Source of the DNA: Phoronis australis
Lineage: Eukaryota > Animalia > Phoronida
Assembly (NCBI GenBank): GCA_002633005.1
Contig: NMRA01000058.1
Coordinates: forward strand, 349,585-413,584
DNA length: 64,000 nucleotides
Reading direction: 5' to 3'
Below the pieces are notes generated by a model. It did not search any database. It worked only from the letters and a program-made list of their open reading frames with translations, and was not told the DNA's origin. Numbering within the stretch: position 1 is the first letter of the stretch; every line of letters begins with the position of its first letter. Of the stretch, positions 23,286 to 36,274 are shown piece after piece. The position numbers and the translations under genes were made by a program.

Positions 23286-25455
23286 CATAATCAGACACTG
23301 AAGTAATTAAAATGTGTTCAATGGGTGTAAAAACAAGAACACTAGAATACAATGATTAAACTAATTGTAAAATAATTTTCAAGTGTAGTAACCAATGCAT
23401 GCGTCTCATTCACACGGGGAGCCAGCTCAGATGGCAAATACACCCGATTGGTTTGTCTGTCGGAAGTCATCATCAGGAACTAGGCAAATGTTCCTAATTG
23501 TATTGACCCAGCTGAACCAGACTAGAAGAGGGTTAAGTCATTAGTCCACCCAATGCTAAAAGACAATAGGTAATTAAGTAAGTAAGGCGAAATAAAACAA
23601 GCACTGACGTCTCGGGTTAACCAAATTGTACCCCACAACAACAGGATGCATTGCTTTTTAAGACTCTTGTAGGGCAATGAGTTTTTTGTGTGAAAAGATA
23701 AATCATATAGCTGTATAATTTGCATCACTTTATTTCCAATATATACTGCCATTACAAATCCCTAAATTTTCATATCGGAAAATTTCGAATTAAAACTTAA
23801 TTTCAATACAGTGTGTGCGATTCAACATTTCTCACAATGACTTTGACAACGAGATCAGGGTCACCAAAACTGACTGGCCCCACCTGCACCCCGGCATATA
23901 CCAATAAAATGTAAAGCTTCCATCTTGAGATATGGGGCCAAAATCATTTTGCTAGCAGAGCTCTCACCTTTACCTTGGAAATAAGGTCAAGGTAAAAAAG
24001 ACTGCTGTTTCTCTAATATTTTCTGATATAGTTAACCAGTTATTGTCATACAATAACTCATTCTGTCCCTGATCCCACCATATGGCGTGACTGTTTGTTT
24101 TCACTCAGGGCCTGATGCCGTCTGGAGGCGTTATCTAAACAATGTATCTCACAGGTGGATCAGGAGGGATAGAAGGCAGCAACTTATTGGTTTAAGTTTA
24201 AATATATCTATGGTATTCCCAGTTTTCTATCCAATGAGGATTGAGACACCAGACTCTGTATTAACTTATTGTTTGTGAAGTTAATGCCTATTGGCTGTTA
24301 TTTCTGGACTTTAGAACCATTTCTTCACAAGCTAATTACCGGTATCAATTCAAGGAAAACTAGGGAGCATGTTAACTTTGTAGTGGTTGTTGTAACTTTT
24401 GAAAGATGAGAGATGTTCTTCCAAGAAATATAGTATGTTTGTTTGATTTGAAGACCAGATTGGAGCTAATTGCTCTGAATTTGAGTCTAATTGGTATTAC
24501 ATAACACTGCTGTCACCACTTGCTAGGGTGTCCCTGTTTATTTTGTTGGAATTGACCAGATTACAATAACAAAATGTCCAGTTACTGGGAACATTCTACT
24601 CTGTCACTAGCAGTGTTCACTTGAAATACTGCCTTGGTATTACATGGGTATCATCTCTGCTGCTCCTAGTTCTTGAAGTTTTTATTATGGAGGATAGTGT
24701 GGATACTGATGACACTGGTCACATTTAGATATAGACTTCAGTGATTATATAGATATGATAGTGTGGATACTGATGGCACATAGTTGTCAGATTTAGATAC
24801 AGATTTCAGTGATCTGGATTATAATGAGGAAATGCCACACGGAAAACTTTCCTGACATGTTTTCTGGAAATTTAAATGGATTATTTGTAAACAAACGTCT
24901 TTGTTTCCGGAAAACAAAAAGTAAAACTGCTTGTTCAACCCTTTATCAGTATTAAAATTGGATACATTTCATATCAACACGAAGCTCATTTACTCAAGAT
25001 GTATTGCTGAAAATTTGGTAAGGATATGTTTATTAATGACATAGTAACAAGGTTTTAATTAAGTGCAGTGCTTGTGACCAAGTTCTGAGTGAAATGCTCT
25101 CCGACTTCAAGGGGGTAGACATTCCACAGCTCAGCCAGGCCACCAAGCAATACCATATGGCCCTCAGGGTGGAATGAGATAACTGAAACTGGCTCAATTT
25201 TTATGACGGATTCAGTTTTCATAGACTGCACTGCCAACAATACCCTGCACTGCTATTAATTTTTTAACTTAACTTTAGGCATTTAATCTAGGATTCACAA
25301 TTCTGATATCCATCACTGTTCCCTAATCCCAAACAAAAGAATCCAGTGGTAAAAGTCCAGAAGCTCTGACAACTGGCTTATTCAAATCCCAACCAGCATT
25401 CAATGTTCATTGTGGAGAAATCATATGCATGTATGTGTTCTTTTCTGGTAATTAC

Positions 25456-25503
25456 CTGGTGTTAAACTTCTTGAACTGGGTATTGGTCTTCCTGGAGTAG
25501 TTT
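25456..25503 (-). CDS. Minus-strand gene, 48-bp exon
   Basis: TTTTCTTCCTGCAG acceptor, CAG|GTAATT donor; (K)TTPGRPIPSSRSLTP; phase 1-1. Confidence 0.72.
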
Positions 25504-25639
25504 CTGCAGGAAGAAAAGCACTCTGGCAATGACAGGCAGGATTTTGAGAAATAATGGCATGGAGAAATGTGACAATAAGTTTTTAAAATTTCACCTTCCT
25601 CAACTATATATAGCTACCCTGTTCATTGTCAACATTCAA

Positions 25640-27080
25640 AGGAGAATGCCATCCGATTTAATTAGTCTTTTTTACCATCTTAATCAGTCTATATCCACAT
25701 CGTCTCTTACACGGTTGACCTCACCTTGCCGAGAGGTGTCGCGTTAACCTGTGAGGAAGGTGAGAAACGACGCTGCGACGTCAGTGGTTTGTCTGCAGAG
25801 TGAATGCCGCTATATTGCGGTGCATCGTTTGTGCTTGTCCGAACTATGAAGTTGCAAAGAAAGTGGGTATATCGTTTTTTTCGACTTCCTTGAGAGCCCG
25901 AAATGCTTAGGAAGTGGCTCGCGGTAGTGAAGAATGAAAGGTAGCTAGGCTGTTAATAGCAAGTATGAGGCTGTGAAACATATCCATGTCTGCGGCCGGC
26001 ATTTCGTTGACAGTGATTTCTCTGATGAATTCCGGCTTACCAAAGAACTATCCATATGTTCCGTTGCCTGTGCATGTTCACGGCCCCTCTAGTATTTGTT
26101 GATCAGTGTATTCCGATTCGAACCTAACAATCCGACACGTGAAGTTTTCATCGCCTGAGCTCTCGACTAAGTCGGGATTGGCACGGGGCGAGTTGCCGTT
26201 TATTTAGTAGACGTTTATTATTCTGCGTTCTGTTTCAAAATGAATTATTCACATCCTTAAACCAATGGTTATTAATGAAACTGAAACAAAGTCTGTCTCA
26301 TTAGATACAATTTGTAATGCCTTGGAGTGCTCATGAGTGCAAATGTTTTGAGAAGCCAGCTAATGAATAAACCACTGCGTTACCAGCTTTTGATGCCGGC
26401 AACAAAGGTAACTGACCAGGCACTGAGGCCATGTGAGCGCATATATGCTAATTCAGTGTTTGCTAAAGAAAGCTGTTGTGAAAGAATTACTCGATTTTAT
26501 ATGCTATGGTCACATGTTAGGGGAATCTTTATTTAGAAATACAAATACATTATTCAAATCATTGTTACTGTACAACCTTTGCCATGACTGTCTGTGGAGG
26601 GGGCCCCCGACAAGTAAGTACATATTTAGTTTCGCGTGGCTAATTCACATAATTAATTATGTGCACATTATTTCTTGGGCTCACTATTATAGTCTTTTCG
26701 TGACTGGAGGTTTAGTTTCCAACTCAAGCTGGTTTATGTTCGTGCCTGTCCCAGCGGCCGCAATGTGCCTGATCGGGTTCCAAGCCAAGGGCCGGGATAA
26801 CGAGTCAGTCCGGCCGCAACTGCCTGATTGCTTTCCGAGCCACTGGCCGGGATAACAAGCGTTTTGTGTTTAGAACTCAAAAAATCACAAGTATAACAAC
26901 ACAGATCTAGGTTCTTCTGTCTGTATTTCACAGAAGAATACTTCGAATTTATCTCCGAACCGACCCCAAACTCCTCAGTGCTACGAACCTTGGTATATTG
27001 GCTTGCCGAACTTTGTAGGTTACAGTGTTTCCAAATACCAGTAAATCCGTAACAGCGAAATAAAACAACACGTTTTTTTA
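25640..27080 (+). mobile_element. Second copy of the 13820 Kolobok-type element, right end missing
   Basis: Collinear with 13820-15230; THAP remnant CIVCACPN..ISFFRLP..RKWL..VKNE..HVCGRHF..SDF; truncated where the split-direct-repeat element begins. Confidence 0.82.
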
Positions 27081-27085
27081 AGTAT

Positions 27086-28824
27086 TATGTTATTCTATGT
27101 AAGCTATACTGCTTCCTCCTCGTTATCATATTCTTTTGATTCTTGGGCCAGTGACCCTCTTTGTTCTCCCACAATTGGTTTAATTCTACCACTTGATTTC
27201 TTTGTTCCGTCGCAGCACTTTGCCATCATCCAGTTTTGTAGTTTTCAGTCAATTTCTATATAAATTTTTATCACTCTCCATTCCTTCACCTCTGGCAGAT
27301 ATCGTAACATTATCTTGACATGCTAGCTAGTTGTTTGATTTTGGGCAGTTCTTAGGTCCATTGGCTGGATGACTATCTTAATTCACCCTCGGCGACCGAC
27401 CATTGCTTGTCCAATCTGGGCTTCCACGAGTCCTCTCTATCCGTTAACTCCCTGGGTTTATCCGGGGCCACGCTCGCCCCTGGCCCGCGTTCTATTCGCC
27501 ACTTAACTCCAGCCAGTGTCCTTCTCATGCACACCCATTTTTCACCCTAGGGTACCCGTGTTGCCAGTGTCCTGATTCTCTCACTCTCCATTTTCATGAT
27601 CGGCCCTGACCTGCAATGCCCGAGTGCCCAGCCCACTTTTCATTGCCTCTCTACCACTAAACGTTTCAGGGTTCTCCCTCAAAGGCACCTATTCCAGTCC
27701 TATTGTTGGTTCATCTTCTAGTCTATCCATAGTTATTCTCTCCATGTTAGCATAATTTGTTTTTATTTAACGTTACCTCCGTTCAATGTTTCCTTGTCTG
27801 TATGTATTTCTGTCTATACATGTCAAAATTTCTGTTTACATGTAACTACCTACGCAGCATACAGTGCATCCATTACATATGTCACCTTATGTATAATCCT
27901 TATTAATTATGTCTCCTTTTTAGCTTTGTACTCCTCTTAGGTTTCGTTTACTCTCATTTCGACACCTTGTTGAGTTGCGGATATAATTTTCTATTTTCAT
28001 GGTAACCAGCTATTCCACTCTATGTTAGCCTTACTCCTTTATGCACATTCTAATTTTTGTCAGCCTCGTTTGTTATTTCTGGGGTAGGCGGATGCATCAT
28101 TCTGGTGCATCTGTGGCAGATCTTTACAGCCCAACATATCACATAACTTTTTGTATTTATCAATTGTAGTAGTATAGTTTGTCATAATATAACCTTTTAT
28201 CTCATCCTCACGTTTTGTTTCAATGTAAACTAGTTTCGATTAATTTTATCGCTTTGCAGTTAGCGTATATAAATATCATTTTTAAAAGTATTCGATTATG
28301 TTATGTAAGCTGTACTGCTTCGTCCTCATTACTGTATTGTTTTGGTTCTTGGGTCAGTGACCCTTTTTGTTGCTCACTATTGGTTTAACTGTTCGACGTG
28401 ATTTCTTTGTCTTGTCGCAGCACTCTGCCATCATCCATTATTCTCTTCAGTTTTTGTATTTTTCAGTCAATTTCTATATCCCACCCTCCTCAATCCATTT
28501 TTCTTTTTTTTCCTTTTCTAAATACTCTCAATTTTCCCATGTCAATGTCGTGGTGTTGTTTTGGTACATTGTTACCCATCTTTACAGCTTAACATTTACA
28601 TATAACTGTTATGTACCTCCAGTAGTGCGATTGTCCGGTAGATTGTCACCCACATTACACCTCAACATATTATTTAACTTTTGTATTTATTGATATCTCT
28701 AGTAGTTTAGTTTGTCATAATATATATGATCTTTTATCTCACCCTCACATGTTGTTTCTCTGTAAACTAGCTTCGGTATCGCTTCGCAGTTAGTGCATAT
28801 AAACAGAATTTTGTTGTTCGATTA
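27086..28824 (+). mobile_element. Non-autonomous Ngaro/PAT-type element with split direct repeats A1-ORF-B1-A2-B2
   Basis: A1 ~27086-27260 matches A2 ~28298-28479; B1 ~28124-28298 matches B2 ~28655-28824; pyrimidine-rich sense strand; SGNH-like ORF remnant just after A1. Confidence 0.7.
27320..27550 (+). pseudogene. SGNH-hydrolase-like ORF remnant
   Basis: MLASCLILGSS*VHWLD..NLGFHESSLSVNSLGLSGATLAPGPRSI aligns by eye with the 61600-62168 ORF (MLFIISSSYVRLLD..NYGF..SLGISGSTLLPSPQSI). Confidence 0.6.
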
Positions 28825-30054
28825 AGATTAATCAAAATACCATTAACTTCTAAAGGACAGTCACACTGTGATTTAGGACAAAAATGAAAGTTGCAGTTCG
28901 CCCTGTTTAGCTGACTTAAAACAATGGTAAAATTATAGGCCTTCTACTCTCATAAAAGGGTTTCACAAATTTCCTTAACGTGACAGGAGATTTTTGTTGC
29001 ACATAAAGTCACATGCATTATGTACACATTGAGAACCATTTTCAAACACAAATAGAATTTCACCAAGTTAGAAATATTAGGAGAGTAAAAGGGCTAACTC
29101 AACTTTCATGAAGTCAGCTTGGAAAGTGTACAACCTTTTATGTTCAGTTGATCCCAATGACTGAAGGATGGTGAACCAATATCATCAACTGTTGCTCGTT
29201 TCCATTTTTCAAATGATATAACCCTACATATGTGAGAAGCATGCCTATTAACTAAAGAGACACCCCTTTCAGATGGGATCCTCCAATTGCGGAGGCGACT
29301 TATGCCCACTATTTAAGGAACTGTCAACTAGTATTCACAAGAGAAGTAAAAAAGATTATATTGGTCAAGAAGACCATTGGACGTGTTCATGGAATTTTTG
29401 TGACTTAAACAACAAGGTTTGGTGTGGGATACAACATATTTGAGAGTTGATAGCAGTTTTACATGTATCACCAATGATGATATATAACGGTGATTGGTGA
29501 TAGTTGTAGAAGATGCAGTCATCTGTTCTGTAAGGAGAGGCATGTAAGACTTTGATGCACTCTCTAGAGGCGCTGCATCAAGTAAATTAAGCAAGAACTA
29601 AGACAGGCAGAGTCTAAAGTTTGAATGCATCGGATGCAAACAATGCATTTGATAGAGGCATTGTATAACTAAATAATTACATGACTGAAAAACTTAAGTG
29701 AGCAAAAAGTGAAGAGACATGCACTATAAATCAGCGAAACTATGAAAAATTAACAATAAAAATCAGAATGTAAGTTTTCTGTGAGCAAAGAAAGATTTAC
29801 AAGGGGCTGCTTCTCGATGTCTTTTTAATTCTCTTATAATTTTGACATTTGGCTAAAAACCACTCTAAAGTTGGCCAAGCCTGTTTCAAAAGATCAGACT
29901 AAGGCTATAGCTAAGTCTGTCAACAACTTGAAGCTAAAAGGTTGAAACCCAGTCTGTTAAAGACAAAAAATCAACTTTTGGCTATATATACTTGCACAAA
30001 TACACCCCTGGTGTATGGTTAACCAACCAATTGGTACAAGATAAAATCACTCAC

Positions 30055-30178
30055 TGTCACCATTTTCAGCAGAAGCACCACAATCATTCTGTCCTACAAA
30101 TGATTCCTGTTCATTGATTGGTGAAGGCAATGTTTTCATGGGTGACACATCAACCCCAGTGCAAGGCATTCTTGTTCT
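30055..30178 (-). CDS. Minus-strand gene, 124-bp exon
   Basis: CCTTTTTGTAG acceptor, GTGAGT donor; RTRMPCTGVDVSPMKTLPSPINEQESFVGQNDCGASAENGD; phase 0-1. Confidence 0.75.
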
Positions 30179-30740
30179 CTACAAAAAGGATAAGATTAAT
30201 AGTGATTAACTCGAACCAGTTTTCAGTCTATCATTGCACCAATAGCTATCTAGCATCAGTAAGTAGCAACTCATTTAGAGGGTAAAACACTGACAGCAAC
30301 AAAGTTATAAGCTAAGTATAAGCTATTTTTTGGCATTCCCTGGTTGCAAGTGGGCTCGAAAGCATTCTAGGTATCCTATCAACCCCAAATGTAAAATGAA
30401 TTGTGTAAACAGCTGTATATTTCTAGATGAATAATTAAATGCTATTATGATCACGATACTAAAAAGTTCAAATTTTGACGGGGCTTAATAAACCCTTCCT
30501 CTGAAGGCACTGCCGAAAAATGTCACTGGCAATAATGACACAGGAGCACTTATATTCACTGTTACTTATGTCCTGCTTCTGATTGTGATTTTTTTTATCA
30601 TACTTACCTCCCTGATAAATAAAGGTAATTATTCCGTAATTACAAGATCAGTTCTATCAATTACACTTACAATTCATATCCACTAGATTTTAGTTGATTG
30701 CTATCTATGTTAACCCAGCATTCAAAGTTTAAAAACTTAC

Positions 30741-30797
30741 AGATGGTAATGTGACGGCTGCAGGTACCATTAAATGCTGACTGGTTTCAACCATGGT
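30741..30797 (-). CDS. Minus-strand gene, 57-bp exon (most upstream exon supported)
   Basis: TCTTTGCAG acceptor, GTAAGT donor; TMVETSQHLMVPAAVTLPS; phase 0-0. Confidence 0.7.
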
Positions 30798-31029
30798 CTG
30801 CAAAGATTACATTGTATGAATAGGCTTAGGTTTAGAAATGAAAAATTTCAGCAATAAGACTAGTCTGTTGTAAATTTGCTCCTCCTGCTGGTTTAACCAT
30901 TACAAGTCTCAAGATGTTTGTTCCAACATTGGCATTACCTACCATGACCCTGGACTGTTAAAACCAAGAAATTTCCAACATTATGATGTGATCTAGAATC
31001 AATTCAATTTAAATTGACATGCATTAGCC

Positions 31030-31935
31030 TATTGTGGTGGTACACAATGCTTGGGTATTACTTGGGTGCACAACCAGCGTCATGGGGCAGACCCATAGCT
31101 GCTTAGCTTTCCAAGTCATCGAGTCAGACAAGGTCCTTTGACTAACCACTCCGACCAACTGCTTATTACACAGTCGTCTTGCCAGGCCATGCAACCGACT
31201 ATCAACACCAGAGCCTCTCTCATGTCCAAACAGTTTCATTCTGTCAATTGCATCTCCATTCTCCTGTGGCTCCATCTGTCTAAGCGCTCCGAGAATCTCA
31301 CTCTCCCAATCTGAGGGCGCCCTGTATTGCTGCATTTCCCCCTAACTATGTCAGCTTTCTCATTTCCGCCGACCCCGGTATGCCCATGGGAGAATATCCA
31401 AGTCAGCTTTCTCAGTCCACTATTTTGTAAATGCAGCAGCCACTCTGGTTTGAGATATCCCTTTTCGATTTTACTCAGCATGCTCTGAGTCTCACAGTAA
31501 CTGCGTATAGGTATGAGTGCTTTCCTGTAGCAGTGCAAGTGCCTTTTCAGCAGCAACCTCCTCTATCTTCATACTAGATGTCGTAAGCTCACATGCCTCG
31601 CCATTTTCTGCTACTATCTTACCATCCACATTGACCACATAGCCCCATCCAGATCTTTCTCCTCTTTTAACCGATCCATCACTGTCCACCACAGCATCTC
31701 CCTCACTACAATTTTCATAGACCAGCTCAAGAACTTCACTGTCAACTGCACAAGCCGCCCTCTCACGACACTCTCGGCCCATAGTAATGACAACCCTGGT
31801 GAATCTGCTAGCTGTTTTGTCATTCACGTTCACATACTTTTCTCTAGGAACCAAATCCAGCTCACACACTCTTTCTACTGTGGTCTTCGCTGCTGCCAAC
31901 CATGCTGGTACACAATGCTGTGGTAGTAAGCTCGT
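31030..31935 (-). mobile_element. 5'-truncated non-LTR retrotransposon fragment with RNase H domain
   Basis: VDSDGSVKRGERSGWG..TTSSMKIEEVA..ALALL and, after a frameshift, LTWIFSHGHTGVGGNEKAD: RNase H motifs of the type found in RNH-bearing LINEs. Confidence 0.8.
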
Positions 31936-32079
31936 CAGAACTTGCAGGAATATACAGTTGAAAGTTATGTCAAATTACTCTGAAAGTTACCCGTTTTTCT
32001 CTGTTCGAAGTTTTGTGGTGATAAATAAAAAATGCATCTTCTTCACATTCAATGAATGTCGAGAAATAGTAATTTTCAT

Positions 32080-33040
32080 ACCATGAATAATACGCTTACA
32101 AGGAAATCACGCATTTTTAAAGATATGCGTGAATTTTCATCACTCGTCCTTCTCTGAGCGGCTTTTGCCAGGATCAGAGAGAGTGCGGCGCCAGAGTCAA
32201 ATACAGTTGCGATGACCACATTGTCCGGTGCAAGCAAAACCCAATTAAGTGTAGTAAACATCTCTGCCTGTACAAAGAGTCAAATTTTCAAAATTCAGCT
32301 GGAAAAAAACAACCACATATGTTTTTTGATTTTTAAAAATCAATGAATTAATAAGCTAAAACTACAAACATTCAGTACAATTGAAGATAAACGTATTGAT
32401 ACTCCATGGATTTACAAATGCTGCTCAGAGTTAACAATATCGTATGGATTATTCTTTTAATATTCTTTAAGTCTTGCTTAACCAGATTTTTGACTAGGAA
32501 ACAGTTGTCCTTAACTTGTACTCACTCTTCATTTTTATGAGACAAAAAGCTAGAATTACGTAGTCTGCAACCGAAATTATCCAGCATGCCGTGAATAATA
32601 CACTTACACAAAAGTCACGTATTTCTAAAGATATGCGTGACTTTTCACTGCTTGTCCATCGGAGTGGCTTTTACCGCAATCAAAGAGAGTGCGGCGCCAG
32701 TCGGATTCAGTTGCAATGACCGCACTGTCCGCTGCGAGCAAGACCCAATTATGTGTAATTACCTGACCACAAACTGTAGTAAACACCTCTGCCTGTATAT
32801 ACTGGCGAATTTTCAAAATGCATTAACCAACAGTTTTCCTTAAAAACAATTACCACAGCTGTAATCAAATGGAAAAAACAACCACAGTTGGTTTTCGATT
32901 TTCAAAAAATCAATGAACTATTAAGGTAAAAACTACAAACATTGGGTACTGATGACAAAGGCCTTTGCGTATTGATATACTCGATGATTTACAAATGCTG
33001 ATCAGAGTTAACAATGTTATGTGGATTATTCTTTTAATAT
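32080..33040. repeat. Diverged tandem duplication, ~510-bp unit
   Basis: 32080-32465 aligns with 32588-33040 (AAAGATATGCGTGA, GAGAGTGCGGCGCCAG, ATTTACAAATGCTG..CAGAGTTAACAAT). Confidence 0.75.
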
Positions 33041-34057
33041 ACAACTAAGCTACATTGAAACAGCTATGAACAACTCACAGTGACTAAATTAGATGTCAAT
33101 AATTTTTAAAACAATTAGCTTATAGCGCAATGCATGCCAAATTACTTTACTCCAGTCGCAATACACTAAACGGAAAGCTGCTATTCGCGGAAATGCGCCA
33201 GTTTTGATAGTTGTAATGGGACACCTATGAAGACAAATGAAGGGGGCTAGCTTTGCAGTCGGCGAGAGAGTGCAAGCAGCATGAGGTGTCCGTGACCAAG
33301 AGCTGTCATTTCCTTTTTTATGACTAAGGAAAAGCTAGTCAGTAGTTACGTATGTAGATACTGTAACCAAAATTGTCCAGAGGTTCCAAATCTTCAGTTT
33401 AGCTATCACCATATTTGCACATTTGTATAAATTTTATGATCTGAGTTCTAATAAAGATTGAACTTGAACTAATGGCACGTGGAGTTTCGTTTGCTGTGGC
33501 ATGTTTGGTATAGGTGTACTCTGGAAAATTCAGGGATGGGTTCACAATTAAGTGACTTCTAAGTTGTTTTGATGCTTCGGTTAAACACAAAATAAAAACA
33601 TAGCAACCCTAACCGGTAAGAAAACAAGCAATTAGACAGTTATATTAAAATAAAGTAATGAAAACAGGTATGAAACATATTTAAAACCAATGTTCCTTTG
33701 GGAAGGGCCCTTTGTCAAGATCAACGCAATTCGACTCTTTAGTCTTTTTTGTAATATATACAGTGTACCAACTAAAGTTAAAACTGCTCTACATTTTACA
33801 GGTTTTAACTCCGTGCAAATGCTAGAGAAAAAACAATTTAAGTACAATAACGACCGTCATTGTAAAGAAAGTAGTGCTAGCTATTACCTTTCCACTTCAT
33901 TAGCTCAGATCTACATCAATGTAAAGGGCGTGCTGAATAGGGATTCTAAAAGTTGTCTGGGGCTTAGGGACTCACAGTGGTGACCAGTGTAAGTGAGAAA
34001 TTATCCACATGAGAGATTCCAAATGTTCAGTTTGGCCATCACCTATGCACTTTTGTA

Positions 34058-35848
34058 TTTTTTATGCGCCCACATATTTATACGTGGACGCATTATTATG
34101 CCGTCATCTCCGTCCGTCCGGCATCTGTCCGTCCAGCATCCGTTCGTCCGGCGTCCGCTGCTCGATATCCAAAATCCTTTGACGTACATTCATGAAATTT
34201 TACACGTAATTGTTTCTGTCGTAGATGGGACGGCATGAGCAAACTTTTGGACGGATTCGACTACTGGTGTGCCCCCTAGTGGCAATTTTAGTTTTTTACG
34301 CTTACCTCAATATCTTCAAAGGTCCTCAACCTATTTTCATAAAATTTGGAATATAGGCACCTATAAGTGAGATGATGCTATCCTCCTGTTTTCGGATGGA
34401 TTCGACGTAGTTTGCGCCACCTAGTGGCCATTTTTGCAGTTTTTTGAGTCTGTTTTTTGGCGTCAACCAAACCACTCTAAGCATGATTGTGGAAATTGCA
34501 TGTACATTTTTATTATGAAGAGGATGGCTGACGATAGTTTTCAGATGATTTCAACTACTGTAGCGCCTCCTAGTGATAGTTTTCTCTTTTTGCGCCTTTG
34601 GCTGTATCTCCTAAACCATTGGCAGGATCTTTACTAAATTCTGCAAGTGTATTTATATGATGCTGACAATGAATGATGACAACTTTTGGATGGATCTGAC
34701 TACCGGTGTGCCCCCTAGTGGCAATTAATTTTTTATGTTTACCTGAGCATCTTCAAAGGTCCTCGAGGTATTTTCATAAAATTTGGAAGATAGGCATCTA
34801 TTAGTGAGGTGACGCTATCCTCCCGTTTTCGAATGGATTCGACATAGTTTGCGCCACCTAATGGCCATTTTTGCTGTTTTCGAGTCTGTTTTTTGGTGTC
34901 CATCCCTTTATCAACCAAACCGCTCTAAGGATGAGTGTGGAAATTGGCATGTAGGTTTTTATTATGAAGAGGACTACTGACGATGATTTTCCGACAATTT
35001 TGACTACTGCTGTGGTGCCTCCTAGTGGTAGTTTTGTCTCGTTATGCACCCAATTGACTGTATCTCGTAAACCGTTGTCAGGATCTTTACTAATTTCTAC
35101 AAGTGTATTTATATGATGTTGACAATGGATGGCGACGACTTTTGGACGGATCTAACTACCGGTGTGCCCCCTAGTGGCAATTTATTTTTTTACGTTTACC
35201 TCTGTATCTTCAAAGCTCCTCAACGTTTTTCATAAAATTTGAAGTATAGGCACCTATTAGTGAGATGAAGCTATCCTCCCATTTTCGTATGGATTTGACG
35301 TAGTTTGGGCCATCTAGGGCCATTTTGACTGTTGCTTTATCTGTTTTTTTTGGCGTCCAGCCCTCTATCAACCAAACTGCACTAAGGATGATTGTGAAAA
35401 TTGGCACGTATGTTCTTACTTATGAATCTGACGATTTTCCAATGACTTAGACTACTGTGGGGCCTCCTATTGCCAGTTTTGTTTTGTTTTGCGTCCATAG
35501 CTGCATCTCCTAAACTCACTGCAGGATCTTTATTAAATATAGTAATTGTAATTATATGAAGCTTAACAACAGATGACGACGTCTTTGAGGTGGATCCAGT
35601 GAAGGCTGTGTTCCATTAAGTGGCAATTTCATTTTTTGTTTCCTTTGTTTCTCTGAAGTTCCTTGACAGATTTTTATGAAATTTGGTAAATATCTTTCTA
35701 TTAAAGAAGCGATGGCATGCTCTCATTTTCAGATGGGTTGGACGTTTTTTCGCCCTCTGGTGGCTATTTTTATGAAACAAACAACCCTAGAAGCACTCCA
35801 TTTGCGGTGCATTCGTGGGTGCATTTCAATGCTCTGCGTTGCTCTTGT
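34058..35848 (+). mobile_element. HINE/DINE-1-like element, copy 3
   Basis: Same 5' and 3' termini as 4692-5815; core unit GGTGTGCCCCCTAGTGGCAATT recurs at ~34266, 34705, 35161. Confidence 0.8.
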
Positions 35849-36274
35849 GATAAGTTGAGTTCTAATAAAGATGAAAGTTGAACTAGTGACACTATTAACT
35901 AAGTTGAAAGATGGGTTCACAATTAACTAAACTAAGTAAGTTTCGCTTGCTATCAAAATTAACCACTGTTTTGGTACTTAAAAATAAATGACCAAATTAG
36001 GTGTCAATAACTTTTTAAACAGCGCTTATTGCCTACTCGAACTACATTATCCAATGAGTTGAATGCAAACCGGCAAACTGTAATATTCATTAATCAGCTG
36101 GAGATGAAATTTGTGTGGTGAAGAATATCTATGGCTAGCTTCAAATTCAATAAGAAAATCCAAACAATTGAGGTGGGTCGCTGACTTCTAAGTTTTGCAA
36201 ACGATCAAAATCAGCTGCCACTGTTTTGGCACTTCAAAATAAAATCAAAAGATATACCAACCCGGCAGGAAATA

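Noticed and set aside
24087-24830. Possible LINE endonuclease remnant and a ~60-bp tandem pair
   Set aside because: Too degraded to recover diagnostic motifs.
29100-29530. Additional candidate exons of the minus-strand gene
   Set aside because: Acceptor-like sites exist but no convincing donor in a compatible phase; the chain is complete without them.
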